64,000 nt of DNA from Burkholderiales bacterium (GCA_050741255.1 JBOIEQ010000001.1:9473-73472); one strand, 5' to 3'. Shown: positions 8,515 through 17,086, numbered from the stretch's first letter. A program made the numbers and translations. Notes: generated by a model from the letters alone, not told the origin.

Positions 8515-9741
8515 ATGCGTTTGGAATTTTCCGCTTTCCGGAGCCGCAACTACCGGTTGTTCCTCGCCGGCCAGAGTCTGTCGATGATCGGCCACGCGAT
8601 GCAACAGGTCGCGCTCGGCTGGATCGTCTTCAACTGGACCGGGTCGACCTACTGGCTGGGACTCGTCGCGTTCGCGGGCCAGGTGCCTTTCCTCGTCACA
8701 ACCCCACTTGCCGGAGTGCTCACCGATCGCTATGACAAGCGGCGCCTCCTGATGGGGGCGCAGACACTGGGTCTCGTCAGCGCGCTCACGCTGGTCATGC
8801 TCACCTTGTCCGGCAGCGGCAACGCCTGGGCTGTCACGCTGACCGCACTGGCCGCGGGTATCGCCGTCAGCATCGAAGTCCCCACCCGCCAGGCGCTGTT
8901 GGTCGACCTGATCCGGGACAAGGCGCATCTGCCGAACGCCATTGCCTTCTACTCGCTCATGTTCAATACCGGGCGCACGCTGGGACCGCTCGCCGCCGGC
9001 ATGTTGCTTGCCTCCACCGGCGCGTGGACGTGTTTCGCGGCTAATGCGGCCACCTACGCAGCCCTGCTCGCGGCCATGAGCATGATCGAGCGGCCGGCTG
9101 TTGTGCGGCCCGTCCACACGGCGGGTGTCGTGCGCAGCCTCGTGCACGCGTTCACCTATGTGCGCAGGCACGACCTGCTGTGGGCGCTGATCCTGCTCAC
9201 GGGCGTGGCCAGCTTTGCGCTCATGCCCTATGTGGCGCTGATGCCTGCGGTCGCCGGCACCGATTATGCCGCCGCACCGGAGACGCTCGGTTTGCTGCTA
9301 GGGTCGGCTGGTTTTGGTGCCATGCTGGGCAACCTGTCGCTCGCCACGGGTGGCGCCGTCCGCAATCTGCCGCGCAAGATCGCGCTGGCGACCTGCGCCT
9401 CCGGCGTCGCCCTGCTCGTCTTCAGCTTCGTGCCGGCGCTGGGTGCGCGGTTCCTGCTCATGGCCATACTGGGTTGGGGCTATACCGTTGCCATGTCGGC
9501 GTGCAACATCGCGCTGCAAGCCGTCGTACAGGAGGACCAGCGGGGGCGCGTGGCGGCTATTTACATCATGGCCCTGCTGGGCCTGCCCCCCCTCGGCGCA
9601 CTCGGCGCGGGCGTACTCGCGCAACACGTCGGCACGGCACTCACGCTGGCAACAGGCGGCCTTCTCTGCGCGCTGGCAGGCTTGCAACTGCTGTCCGGAA
9701 GCAAACGCTATGTGCGTGCCATCGATGCCGCAGCCGTATGA
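8515..9741 (+). CDS. MFS transporter (EntS/MFS_3-like)
   Basis: 408 aa, about 12 hydrophobic segments, motif GVLTDRYDKRRLL after TM2. Confidence 0.85.
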   Translation: MRLEFSAFRSRNYRLFLAGQSLSMIGHAMQQVALGWIVFNWTGSTYWLGLVAFAGQVPFLVTTPLAGVLTDRYDKRRLLMGAQTLGLVSALTLVMLTLSGSGNAWAVTLTALAAGIAVSIEVPTRQALLVDLIRDKAHLPNAIAFYSLMFNTGRTLGPLAAGMLLASTGAWTCFAANAATYAALLAAMSMIERPAVVRPVHTAGVVRSLVHAFTYVRRHDLLWALILLTGVASFALMPYVALMPAVAGTDYAAAPETLGLLLGSAGFGAMLGNLSLATGGAVRNLPRKIALATCASGVALLVFSFVPALGARFLLMAILGWGYTVAMSACNIALQAVVQEDQRGRVAAIYIMALLGLPPLGALGAGVLAQHVGTALTLATGGLLCALAGLQLLSGSKRYVRAIDAAAV

Positions 9742-9772
9742 GTTCACAGTCCCGTTTCACAGGAGAAAGCGC

Positions 9773-10780
9773 ATGAAACAGTCGTTCACGGTGTCGCCAG
9801 TGCGGACGTTCCGCCTGTCCCTCTCCGCACTGGCCATGCTGGCGGCATCGATGCCGGTCGCGCAGGCACAAGTCCCGGCGGGATGGCCGGCGAAACCCAT
9901 CCGCCTGATCAATCCGTTTGCGCCCGGTGGCGCCGTTGATGTGACTGCGCGCTCGCTCGGCACCGCGCTGGGCGAAGCACTCGGAACGCAGGTCGTCATT
10001 GAAAACCGCGGTGGCGCGGGCGGCATGCTCGGCGTGGACGCGGCGGCGAAGGCCGCGCCGGATGGCTATACCCTCGTTGTCGGCACGGTTGGCCCGATGG
10101 CCATCAGTCCGGCCCTCACCCGCAAGATGCCTTACGACCCCGTCAGGGATCTCGCGCCTATCTCGCGCGCCGCGGACACCATCAACCTGCTGGTCGTGCA
10201 CCCGTCCCTGCCCGTCCAATCGGTGAAGGAGCTGGTGGCGCTCGCCAAGGCACGTCCCAACGAGCTGCTCTACGCATCGGCCGGGGTTGGCGCCAACGAT
10301 CACCTTGCAGGCGAACTGTTCAACGCCCTGGCGGGTACCAAAATCACCCACGTGCCGTACAAGGGCGGCGCGCCCGCGATGCTCGACCTGATCGGCGGCC
10401 AGGTGCAGGTGTATTTCGCCAGCTACGCCACCGCGCGGCCACAGATGGATGCGAAAAAAGTACGGGCGCTCGGATTAACGAGACGACAGCGCTTCGAACT
10501 GCTGCCGGACCTGCCGACGATCGACGAGGCGGGCGTCAAGGGCTTCGAGGTCGCCAACTGGTACGGGATCTTCGCACCCGCGGGCATCCCGAAAGATATC
10601 CTGACACGCCTTAACCGTGAGATCGTCCGTGCACTGGCGCAACCGGACGTCAAGTCGCGGATGCTGCAGGGCGGCGTCGTCGCGGTGTCCTCCACCCCCG
10701 AAGAACTCGGACAGTTCCATCGCATGGAAATGGAGAAATGGGCGAAAGTCATCCGGGACGCCAAGGTCACGCCGGAGTAG
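9773..10780 (+). CDS. Bug-family substrate-binding protein
   Basis: MKQSF...signal...AQVPAGWPAKPIRLINPFAPGGAVD. The track ORF 9314..10780 is an N-terminal over-extension that overlaps the MFS gene. Confidence 0.9.
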   Translation: MKQSFTVSPVRTFRLSLSALAMLAASMPVAQAQVPAGWPAKPIRLINPFAPGGAVDVTARSLGTALGEALGTQVVIENRGGAGGMLGVDAAAKAAPDGYTLVVGTVGPMAISPALTRKMPYDPVRDLAPISRAADTINLLVVHPSLPVQSVKELVALAKARPNELLYASAGVGANDHLAGELFNALAGTKITHVPYKGGAPAMLDLIGGQVQVYFASYATARPQMDAKKVRALGLTRRQRFELLPDLPTIDEAGVKGFEVANWYGIFAPAGIPKDILTRLNREIVRALAQPDVKSRMLQGGVVAVSSTPEELGQFHRMEMEKWAKVIRDAKVTPE

Positions 10781-10808
10781 TCGTCCGGGCGAGCGGATAT
10801 TCCGCGCG

Positions 10809-11003
10809 CTACAAAGAGAGCTGCAGTTCGGCGTATTCGAGCGCCTCGGCCTCGTTGTCGAACACCAGGCTCCACGCCTTGCCCACGAACTCGGCGGGCG
10901 ACTTGCTGATGTCGAGCCGCACCGCGGCGGCCATGTAGATGTCTTCGTCGTCCTCCGCGTCCTCGATCTTCAGCGCGACCGCCTTGAATTTGCCTGCTGC
11001 CAT
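10809..11003 (-). CDS. small acidic hypothetical protein (64 aa)
   Basis: AAGGAG SD 5 nt upstream of the ATG and GC3-rich codons. No family recognised. Confidence 0.55.
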   Translation of the reverse strand: MAAGKFKAVALKIEDAEDDEDIYMAAAVRLDISKSPAEFVGKAWSLVFDNEAEALEYAELQLSL

Positions 11004-11289
11004 GCCTGCTCCTTGTTGTTGTCATCCCCGATACCCGGGACAGCCCATCCCTGTGCCAGCGCCGTCCTCCGCCAATACCGTTTGGCGGGCGAAAGCCTAG
11101 CATGATCACGACAGCCGGCCTCAGACCGATGCCAGAACGAGGCTCTGCCCTGCGGGAAGTCCAGCGGGACTTGCGGGCTGGCGGTCGCGGCGTGGAATCT
11201 TGCGGCGCCTTCGGAAAATTCCGGGACCGCTTGAACCGCAAGGCAGCAACAGCGATAAGCTGGCGACCATGATGAACCGGGAGTTTACG

Positions 11290-11637
11290 ATGAAGCCGGT
11301 ACTCGGCCTGGCCGTGCTGTTGCTGGCGGCATGCGCGACCCCCTCCGACATCACCAAGCTCGGGATGTCGCGGTCCTTCACAACCACGATGAACGTGCCG
11401 AATACCGTTACCTGCGTAAAGCGGGTCGCGAGCGACTTTCGCGCGAAGGGGCCTGCGACAGAGCGGCCGTCCGACAAGCCGGGCGGCGTCGAGATTCATC
11501 TCAACGGCGACATGGGAACGATCATGGTTGCCGTCGTCACTCCGGCTCCGCCCGGTTCGAACGTCACGGTGTTCTATGAGAGCGACCGGGTACGAAGCCT
11601 CAACGGCAACGACATGGTTCGCGGATGCTCGAAGTAA
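11290..11637 (+). CDS. hypothetical lipoprotein
   Basis: MKPVLGLAVLLLAAC has a lipobox (LLAAC). GGGAG SD lies 7 nt upstream. No family recognised. Confidence 0.6.
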   Translation: MKPVLGLAVLLLAACATPSDITKLGMSRSFTTTMNVPNTVTCVKRVASDFRAKGPATERPSDKPGGVEIHLNGDMGTIMVAVVTPAPPGSNVTVFYESDRVRSLNGNDMVRGCSK

Positions 11638-11897
11638 GCTCACCCCGCCACCTCGATTGCACGGGAGGCCATTGGGCCCTGTCCGCAGGAGCCAAAGCTT
11701 GAGCAAGCCGGGTGGCCTGTGGGCAGATCCGGATCCCAGGCCTTCCGCGTGCCGTGTGTTTCGGAGGGCCAATGGGCCTGGCCCACGAGCACCCTACCCC
11801 TATGCCCAGTCGCACCGCATTGGTGCGTGCCATCCATGTATTGCCGCTTTGCGGCTGACGGAATAAAGTTCGTGGTCGTCGCTGATGGGTACCGCTT

Positions 11898-12188
11898 ATG
11901 TCTTCGTCATGGATTGATCTCGCGCGGGGCTGCGAGTTCGTCAACGCCGCGCTGGCCGACGAACTGCACAAAGCCGGCGTAAAAGTCAGAGAAATCGCAT
12001 TCTCCGAGCCCTACACCATTCAATCGACCAGTACGCAGACCCTTAACGCCACGTTGGCCAGCGGCGAAGTTCGCGGCATCGAGTTCAGCACGCGCGAACT
12101 GATACTGGCTGGAAGCACGGCGGAGAACGCGGGTGTCGAAGTGCTCGTCCGCATTCGCGAGTTTGTAGCGAGCCTCGTCCGGCAATAG
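11898..12188 (+). CDS. hypothetical protein (96 aa), weakly supported
   Basis: Protein-like composition, but no SD and noticeably more A/T-ending codons than the neighbours. Confidence 0.3.
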   Translation: MSSSWIDLARGCEFVNAALADELHKAGVKVREIAFSEPYTIQSTSTQTLNATLASGEVRGIEFSTRELILAGSTAENAGVEVLVRIREFVASLVRQ

Positions 12189-12282
12189 GGATCGTTCGGC
12201 GGTGCTGTTTCGCGTCCTCACGGGGATAGTGCCCGGCTCGCCTCGGGGGTGGTGTCCCGGTGGAGATGTGAACTCCGGTTAG

Positions 12283-12306
12283 CGCCCTTTCACGGCGGTA
12301 ACCGGG
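12283..12306 (+). other. tRNA-Glu(UUC) anticodon-arm fragment (24/24 nt identical to the gene at 16277..16352, opposite orientation)
   Basis: CGCCCTTTCACGGCGGTAACCGGG matches the tRNA-Glu anticodon stem-loop, variable loop and first T-stem bases. It forms a hairpin at 12275..12305 with loop CUUUCAC. Confidence 0.7.
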
Positions 12307-12408
12307 CAGCGGTGGCGCGGGAATTGTCGCGCCCGCGCCCCTGTTGTGGAAACCACTGGGCGCCTTACCAACAAGCTTACTCACCACCCCGTTGCACAAG
12401 GACCACTC

Positions 12409-14250
12409 ATGCCACGCACGACCAGACGAATGCTGTTGAAACAGGCTGCCGCCATCAGCCTGCTCCCCTTCGTCCCGTTGCCTCTGACGGGAGTGGCTCA
12501 TGGCGCAGCCAACGCGGCGGGCAGCGCGTTTCGTCGCAGCCGTCCCGGCGATCGGACCTGGCCGTCGGCTGCTGAGTGGGATCGTTTAAACCAGGCGGTC
12601 GGCGGTCAGCTTTCCCGGGTGGAATCTCCCCTCATGACGTGCGCCACAGCGCCCGGCGGGACCGCTTGCAACGAGCTGTTCCGGAACATGAAGAACCCGT
12701 ACTTCATCGGCGACAGCCCGGCGCTCACGCAAACGGTGGGCTGGGTGGACGGCTGGAGTTCCGCACCGAGCGTCTATGCGCTCGCCGCCAGGACAACCGC
12801 GGACGTGGTCGCCGCCGTCAACTTTGCGCGGGAGCACCGCCTGCGGCTGGTCATCAAAGGCGGCGGGCACAGCTATCAGGGCACGTCCAACGGGCCGGAC
12901 TCGCTGCTGGTTTGGACGCGGCCGATGAACGCCATCACCCTCCACGACGCCTTCATCGGAGCAGGCTGCGCGGGCAAGGTGCCACCGCAACCCGCGGTGT
13001 CCGTCGGCGCGGGCGCCATCTGGCTCAACACTTACCACGCGGTCACGAGTGCCGGCCGCTACGTGCAGGGCGGCGGCTGCGCGACGGTCGGCGTCGCCGG
13101 GCTTGTCCAGAGCGGCGGTTTCGGCAGCTTCTCCAAGTACTACGGCATGGCGGCCGCAGGCCTGCTGGAGGCCGAGATCGTCACCGCCGATGGCGTCGCG
13201 CGCATCGTCAACGCCTGCATGCATCCGGATCTCTACCGGGGACTCAAGGGGGGCGGCGGGGGCAGCCTCGGCGTCGTCACGCGCCTCACCCTCCGCACGC
13301 GCGAGCTGCCGGCGTTTCTCGGTGGCGCACAGGCGTCCATCAAGGCCGCCTCAGATGCCGCATACCGCCGCCTGATCGCCCGTTTCGTCGTGTTCTATGC
13401 CGACAGTCTCCTCAATCCGCGATGGGGTGAGATGGCCAAATTCCGGCCGGGTAACGTGCTTGAGATCGCAATGGTGTTCCACGGCCTGAGCCAACCGGAA
13501 GCGGCCGCCATCTGGCGTCCGTTCTTCGAGTGGATCGCGGCCTCGCCGCAGGATTACAGCCTGGCGTCGCCGCTACAGGTGATCGCCGTGCCCGCCCGCA
13601 ACTTCTGGGATCCGGAATACCTGCGCCGGAACCTGCCGCAGACGGTGGTCGCCGACAGCCGGCCGGGCGCCCCGGCCCACAACCTGTTCTGGGCCGGCAA
13701 CCTTGGCGAGGCGGGGCAGTATCTGCACGGCTACGACTCGACGTGGCTGCCGGTTTCTCTGCTGAAGAAAGACCAGCAGAAGCGGCTGGTAGACGCCCTT
13801 TTCGCGAGCTCGCGCCACTGGCAGACAAGCCTGCACTTCAACAAAGGCATGGCCGGCGCGCCTGCCGAAGCCGTTGCCTCGGCCCGGCAGACGGTGACCC
13901 ATCCGGCCGTGGCGGATGCATTTGCGCTGGCGATCTGTGCGGGCGGCGGACCGCCCGCCTTCGCGTCGGTACCCGGTCACGAACCGGACTTGGCCAGGGC
14001 GCGCGCGGATGCAAAATTGATTGGCCTTGCGATGCGCGAACTGGTCAAGGTGGCACCGAACGGCGGCTCGTACGTGTCCGAAGGCAACTACTTCAACCGC
14101 AACTGGCAGCAGGCATACTGGGGTTCCAACTACCAGCGGCTGCTGGCGGTGAAACGGAAATATGATCCGGACGGGCTGTTCTTCGTCCATCACGGTGTCG
14201 GCAGCGAGGACTGGAGCGCCGACGGCTTTACCAGGATTGCCGGTCGCTGA
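12409..14250 (+). CDS. Tat-secreted FAD-binding oxidoreductase with C-terminal berberine-bridge (BBE) domain
   Basis: Twin-arginine signal MPRTTRRMLLKQAAAISLL...AHGAANA. FAD_binding_4-like region RLVIKGGGHSYQG. BBE-type C-terminus YWGSNYQRLLAVKRKYDPDGLFFVHHGVGSE. AAGGA SD before the ATG. Confidence 0.85.
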   Translation: MPRTTRRMLLKQAAAISLLPFVPLPLTGVAHGAANAAGSAFRRSRPGDRTWPSAAEWDRLNQAVGGQLSRVESPLMTCATAPGGTACNELFRNMKNPYFIGDSPALTQTVGWVDGWSSAPSVYALAARTTADVVAAVNFAREHRLRLVIKGGGHSYQGTSNGPDSLLVWTRPMNAITLHDAFIGAGCAGKVPPQPAVSVGAGAIWLNTYHAVTSAGRYVQGGGCATVGVAGLVQSGGFGSFSKYYGMAAAGLLEAEIVTADGVARIVNACMHPDLYRGLKGGGGGSLGVVTRLTLRTRELPAFLGGAQASIKAASDAAYRRLIARFVVFYADSLLNPRWGEMAKFRPGNVLEIAMVFHGLSQPEAAAIWRPFFEWIAASPQDYSLASPLQVIAVPARNFWDPEYLRRNLPQTVVADSRPGAPAHNLFWAGNLGEAGQYLHGYDSTWLPVSLLKKDQQKRLVDALFASSRHWQTSLHFNKGMAGAPAEAVASARQTVTHPAVADAFALAICAGGGPPAFASVPGHEPDLARARADAKLIGLAMRELVKVAPNGGSYVSEGNYFNRNWQQAYWGSNYQRLLAVKRKYDPDGLFFVHHGVGSEDWSADGFTRIAGR

Positions 14251-14289
14251 CACGAAGCGGTGTTCTCTCACATGGAAAGATCTGCCTCA

Positions 14290-15525
14290 ATGACTGACAT
14301 CTACAAGACCACGCAGGAGGGCTATCTCGAATTCAGCCCCGGCTTCTTTCAGCAGTGCATGCGCGATTACCTGGAGGACCCCGGCATCGTTGTGACGGCG
14401 GTGCGCTACGTTGGTGAAGTCGGGGTCACCGCCACCACGCGCATGAAATACACCGGTGAACGCGACAAGCTGCTGGGGCTATTCCGCTATGGGATCGACT
14501 ACACCCAGGGCGGGCGGCCGCGGAGCATCGAAATCCTCGTCAAATCAAAAACCCACTATCTTGAGCTCGTGCAGCGCCTCGGCGACGTGCTGATCAAAAG
14601 TGGCATCCAGGTGCCGGGGGTTGCCGGTCTGCTCGGCAAGACCGAACTGTTCAACACCCACATAAAAGAGATCAACGTCTTCCGCATGCAGAAAACGGAC
14701 CCGGCCTTCACGCGGGTGCTGCCCATCGTCTACGGGACGTACGCCAACGATGCGGTGCAGCAGTACGTAGTGCTGGAGGAGTTTCTTGCCAACGCCTACG
14801 TCATGAAGGACTACCGCGACATTTCCTTCTGGAGCCCTGCGCAGATCGAAACCGGCGTGCGCGATTTTTCCCGGATGCACGCAGCGCACTTCGGGAAGTA
14901 CGAGACACTGGTCGGGGAAGGCTGGCTCGGCAAAACGCTGGATGCCGGCGTGATGCGCGAACTCACGCCACTCTGGAGTGCCTATGCCGAAAAGCTCCGC
15001 CATTACATCGGCACGCTGTTCGATGCGGAGTACCTGGACACGCATCGTCAATGGATCGACACCATTCCCCAATGGTGGGGCGCGATCGACGCCCAGAAAA
15101 AGACCCTGATCTTCAACGACGCGCAAATCCGCAACCTGGCCGTCCGCGACCCGTACCGCGATCCGCGGCTCGTCCTGTTCGACTGGGAGTGCGCGAGCAT
15201 CCAGTTGCCGCAGCGCGATCTGGTCGAATTTCTGAGCTACGCGATCGGCGAAGGCACGACCGATGCCGAAATTGCCGGATATCTTGAAGCGGCGCGGCAC
15301 CAGCTCGCCGAAAGCGCGCAGGTGACCATCGATCCGCGGGAATGGCTGACCGGCTGCCGTTATTCGATCCGAGATCTTCACGTCAACCGCATGGCCTGCC
15401 AACTGGTGCTGCACATCACGCTCAACCGACCCGACATCGAGCGGGTGTTTCGCGCGTCTCTACGCATACTGGCTTGTGTGGAGCGCAGCTTGACGGCTTT
15501 GGGCGTCGCGCTCGAGCAACACTAG
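14290..15525 (+). CDS. atypical protein-kinase-fold phosphotransferase (APH/CHK/EcKL-like)
   Basis: Kinase-fold landmarks: EILVKSK (beta3 Lys), VVLEEF hinge, catalytic loop LIFNDAQIRNLAV (D..N spacing as in HGDxxxxN, but His replaced by Phe), metal-binding LVLFDWECAS, then PQRDLVEFL. Start at 14272 or 14290. Confidence 0.7.
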   Translation: MTDIYKTTQEGYLEFSPGFFQQCMRDYLEDPGIVVTAVRYVGEVGVTATTRMKYTGERDKLLGLFRYGIDYTQGGRPRSIEILVKSKTHYLELVQRLGDVLIKSGIQVPGVAGLLGKTELFNTHIKEINVFRMQKTDPAFTRVLPIVYGTYANDAVQQYVVLEEFLANAYVMKDYRDISFWSPAQIETGVRDFSRMHAAHFGKYETLVGEGWLGKTLDAGVMRELTPLWSAYAEKLRHYIGTLFDAEYLDTHRQWIDTIPQWWGAIDAQKKTLIFNDAQIRNLAVRDPYRDPRLVLFDWECASIQLPQRDLVEFLSYAIGEGTTDAEIAGYLEAARHQLAESAQVTIDPREWLTGCRYSIRDLHVNRMACQLVLHITLNRPDIERVFRASLRILACVERSLTALGVALEQH

Positions 15526-15557
15526 CGTTACTATCACCGTAGATAGAAAGTGCCCCC

Positions 15558-16043
15558 TTAACCGCGGCGCGCCGTCTCGATTGCAGCGATGTCGATCTTT
15601 CTCATCTCCATCATCGCATCGAACGCGCGTTTGGCTGCAACGGGGTCGGGATCGGTAATCGCGTCCGTCAGGGCAATCGGCGTAATCTGCCAGGACAAAC
15701 CCCATTTGTCCTTGCACCAGCCGCATGCGCTCTCCTGGCCGCCGTTGCCGACAATCGCGTTCCAGTAGCGATCCGTTTCGGCTTGGTCAGCGGTGGCTAC
15801 CTGGAACGAAAACGATTCGCTGTGCTTGAACGCCGGTCCGCCGTTGAGTCCGAGGCAAGGAATACCCATCACGGTAAATTCGACGGTCAGCACGTCCCCC
15901 TTTTTCCCCGACGGAAAGTCTCCCGGCGCGTGGTACACCGCGCCGACGGACGAATCGGGAAAGGTCCTGGCGTAAAACCGCGCCGCGTCCTCGGCGTCGC
16001 CATCGTACCAAAGACAAATCGTGTTCTTCGCCGATTTCAGCAT
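15558..16043 (-). CDS. VOC-family protein (PhnB / 3-demethylubiquinone-9 3-methyltransferase-domain type)
   Basis: ICLWYDGDAEDAARFYARTFPDS...GWCKDKWGLSWQI is typical of this family. Confidence 0.85.
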   Translation of the reverse strand: MLKSAKNTICLWYDGDAEDAARFYARTFPDSSVGAVYHAPGDFPSGKKGDVLTVEFTVMGIPCLGLNGGPAFKHSESFSFQVATADQAETDRYWNAIVGNGGQESACGWCKDKWGLSWQITPIALTDAITDPDPVAAKRAFDAMMEMRKIDIAAIETARRG

Positions 16044-16168
16044 GCCACTTCTCCATTGAGATGAGAGTCCTACTGCACGGGGATTGTGCCCCGCTCGCCC
16101 TGGGGTGATCCGGGCATCCCTCGTCCACTACGTGGCGAGGGACCGCCGCGCACCAGCGGCGCGGCGTC

Positions 16169-16197
16169 CAAAGCAATGTCCCCCGGACATTGCTTTG
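16169..16197. repeat. perfect 13-bp inverted repeat CAAAGCAATGTCC-CCC-GGACATTGCTTTG within a cluster of hairpins
   Basis: Read directly. Flanking hairpins at 16144..16166 (8 bp) and 16200..16216 (7 bp). About 126 nt upstream of the VOC gene start. Confidence 0.6.
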
Positions 16198-16234
16198 TAG
16201 AACCCCTGCGGGGTTCGCATCCCCGGGGAGCGTC

Positions 16235-16275
16235 AAAAAGCAAAAAGCCACCGCTTGGGTGGCTTTTTGCTTTTT
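16235..16275 (-). terminator. rho-independent (bidirectional-looking) terminator after the tRNA-Ala/tRNA-Glu operon
   Basis: AGCCACC-GCTTG-GGTGGCT stem (extendable with A-U pairs), flanked by an A-run and a T-run, immediately 3' of tRNA-Glu. Confidence 0.6.
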
Positions 16276-16276
16276 G

Positions 16277-16352
16277 TGGCGTCCCCACGGGGATTCGAAC
16301 CCCGGTTACCGCCGTGAAAGGGCGATGTCCTAGGCCTCTAGACGATAGGGAC
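16277..16352 (-). tRNA. tRNA-Glu (anticodon UUC)
   Basis: GTCCCTATCGTCTAGAGGCCTAGGACATCGCCCTTTCACGGCGGTAACCGGGGTTCGAATCCCCGTGGGGACGCCA. Cloverleaf, loop CUUUCAC, encoded CCA. Confidence 0.95.
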
Positions 16353-16411
16353 TTAAATCGGCCGACGTACTGACTAGCGAGACTTACAAAACTGCAATCC
16401 TGCGAAATCCG

Positions 16412-16487
<76 letters not shown>

Positions 16488-16499
16488 ACGAGGGCGCGA

Positions 16500-16528
16500 A
16501 TTATAACGAGCGCTTGCCAATTCGTAAA
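16500..16528 (-). promoter_or_regulatory. sigma70-type promoter of the tRNA-Ala/Glu operon
   Basis: Minus strand: TTTACG-N17-TATAAT, with the -10 ending 12 nt before the tRNA-Ala 5' end. AT-rich UP-like tract upstream. Confidence 0.45.
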
Positions 16529-16610
16529 GACTAAATAAATCCGTAGCTTAGGAACGCTCCGCAAATGCGCCGCTCCGGCGCAAGCCGGCATGCAGTAGCT
16601 TGAATTCAAT

Positions 16611-16634
16611 GGATTCCGGCTTCCGCCGGAATGA
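16611..16634. repeat. REP-type hairpin (ATTCCGGC-TTCC-GCCGGAAT, the widespread GGAATGACG / VIPAEAGI type)
   Basis: 8-bp stem. Three GAATTC(C) motifs lie nearby (about 16603, 16636, 16656). Located downstream of the DUF3617 gene. Confidence 0.5.
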
Positions 16635-16661
16635 CGAATTCCTGGATCGTGCGGAGAATTC

Positions 16662-17072
16662 CTAGCCTGCCTTGCACGCGCCCAGGCGCTTGCCCACTGT
16701 TTGCGAGCGCATCTCCATTTTCTGGCCTTTCATCGTCATCTCCGCCTCCATCGTGGTGGCGGTCTGCTTCACGGTGCCGGTGCCCTGCATGCCGGAGGAC
16801 GGGCAGCTCATCTCCCAGGAGTAGGTATCGCCCGATTTCTTGTTGGAGGTCATCTTGCAGTCGCTCTGCTTCTTGGCGTCGTTCATGTAGCGACTGGGGT
16901 CGCCCGCGTCTTCCTTCTTGATGCAGCGGGTGTTGGTCATGACCTGCGACTTGGGCATGTTGGGCGCGGACATCGTGGTGGTGAACTGCCACTCGCCGGG
17001 GTCCATGGCGCATACGACGGCGGGAACGGCGGCCAGCAGGGCCGCGGCAACAGCGATCAACGGTCGGAACAT
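16662..17072 (-). CDS. DUF3617-like secreted protein
   Basis: Signal peptide MFRPLIAVAAALLAAVPAVVCA, then PGEWQFTTTM... with paired Cys. GAGGAG SD 8 nt upstream of the ATG. Confidence 0.75.
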   Translation of the reverse strand: MFRPLIAVAAALLAAVPAVVCAMDPGEWQFTTTMSAPNMPKSQVMTNTRCIKKEDAGDPSRYMNDAKKQSDCKMTSNKKSGDTYSWEMSCPSSGMQGTGTVKQTATTMEAEMTMKGQKMEMRSQTVGKRLGACKAG

Positions 17073-17086
17073 GGGCAACTCTCCTC

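Noticed and set aside
11907-12221. 104-aa minus-strand ORF antisense to the 96-aa hypothetical gene.
   Set aside because: It is Arg-rich, has no SD, and looks less protein-like than the plus-strand ORF. Neither ORF is strongly supported.
12190-12400. Possible cobalamin riboswitch. The region contains CCACTGG, GGGAA, GGTG..AA..CCGG-like strings and CACGGCGGTAA.
   Set aside because: The conserved B12-box (AGYCAGGAGACCTGCC-like) and the GGGAAGG element are absent, and the order and spacing of the partial matches do not fit the consensus. The CACGGCGGTAA string is explained by the tRNA-Glu fragment. A secreted FAD oxidase is also not a typical B12-regulated gene.
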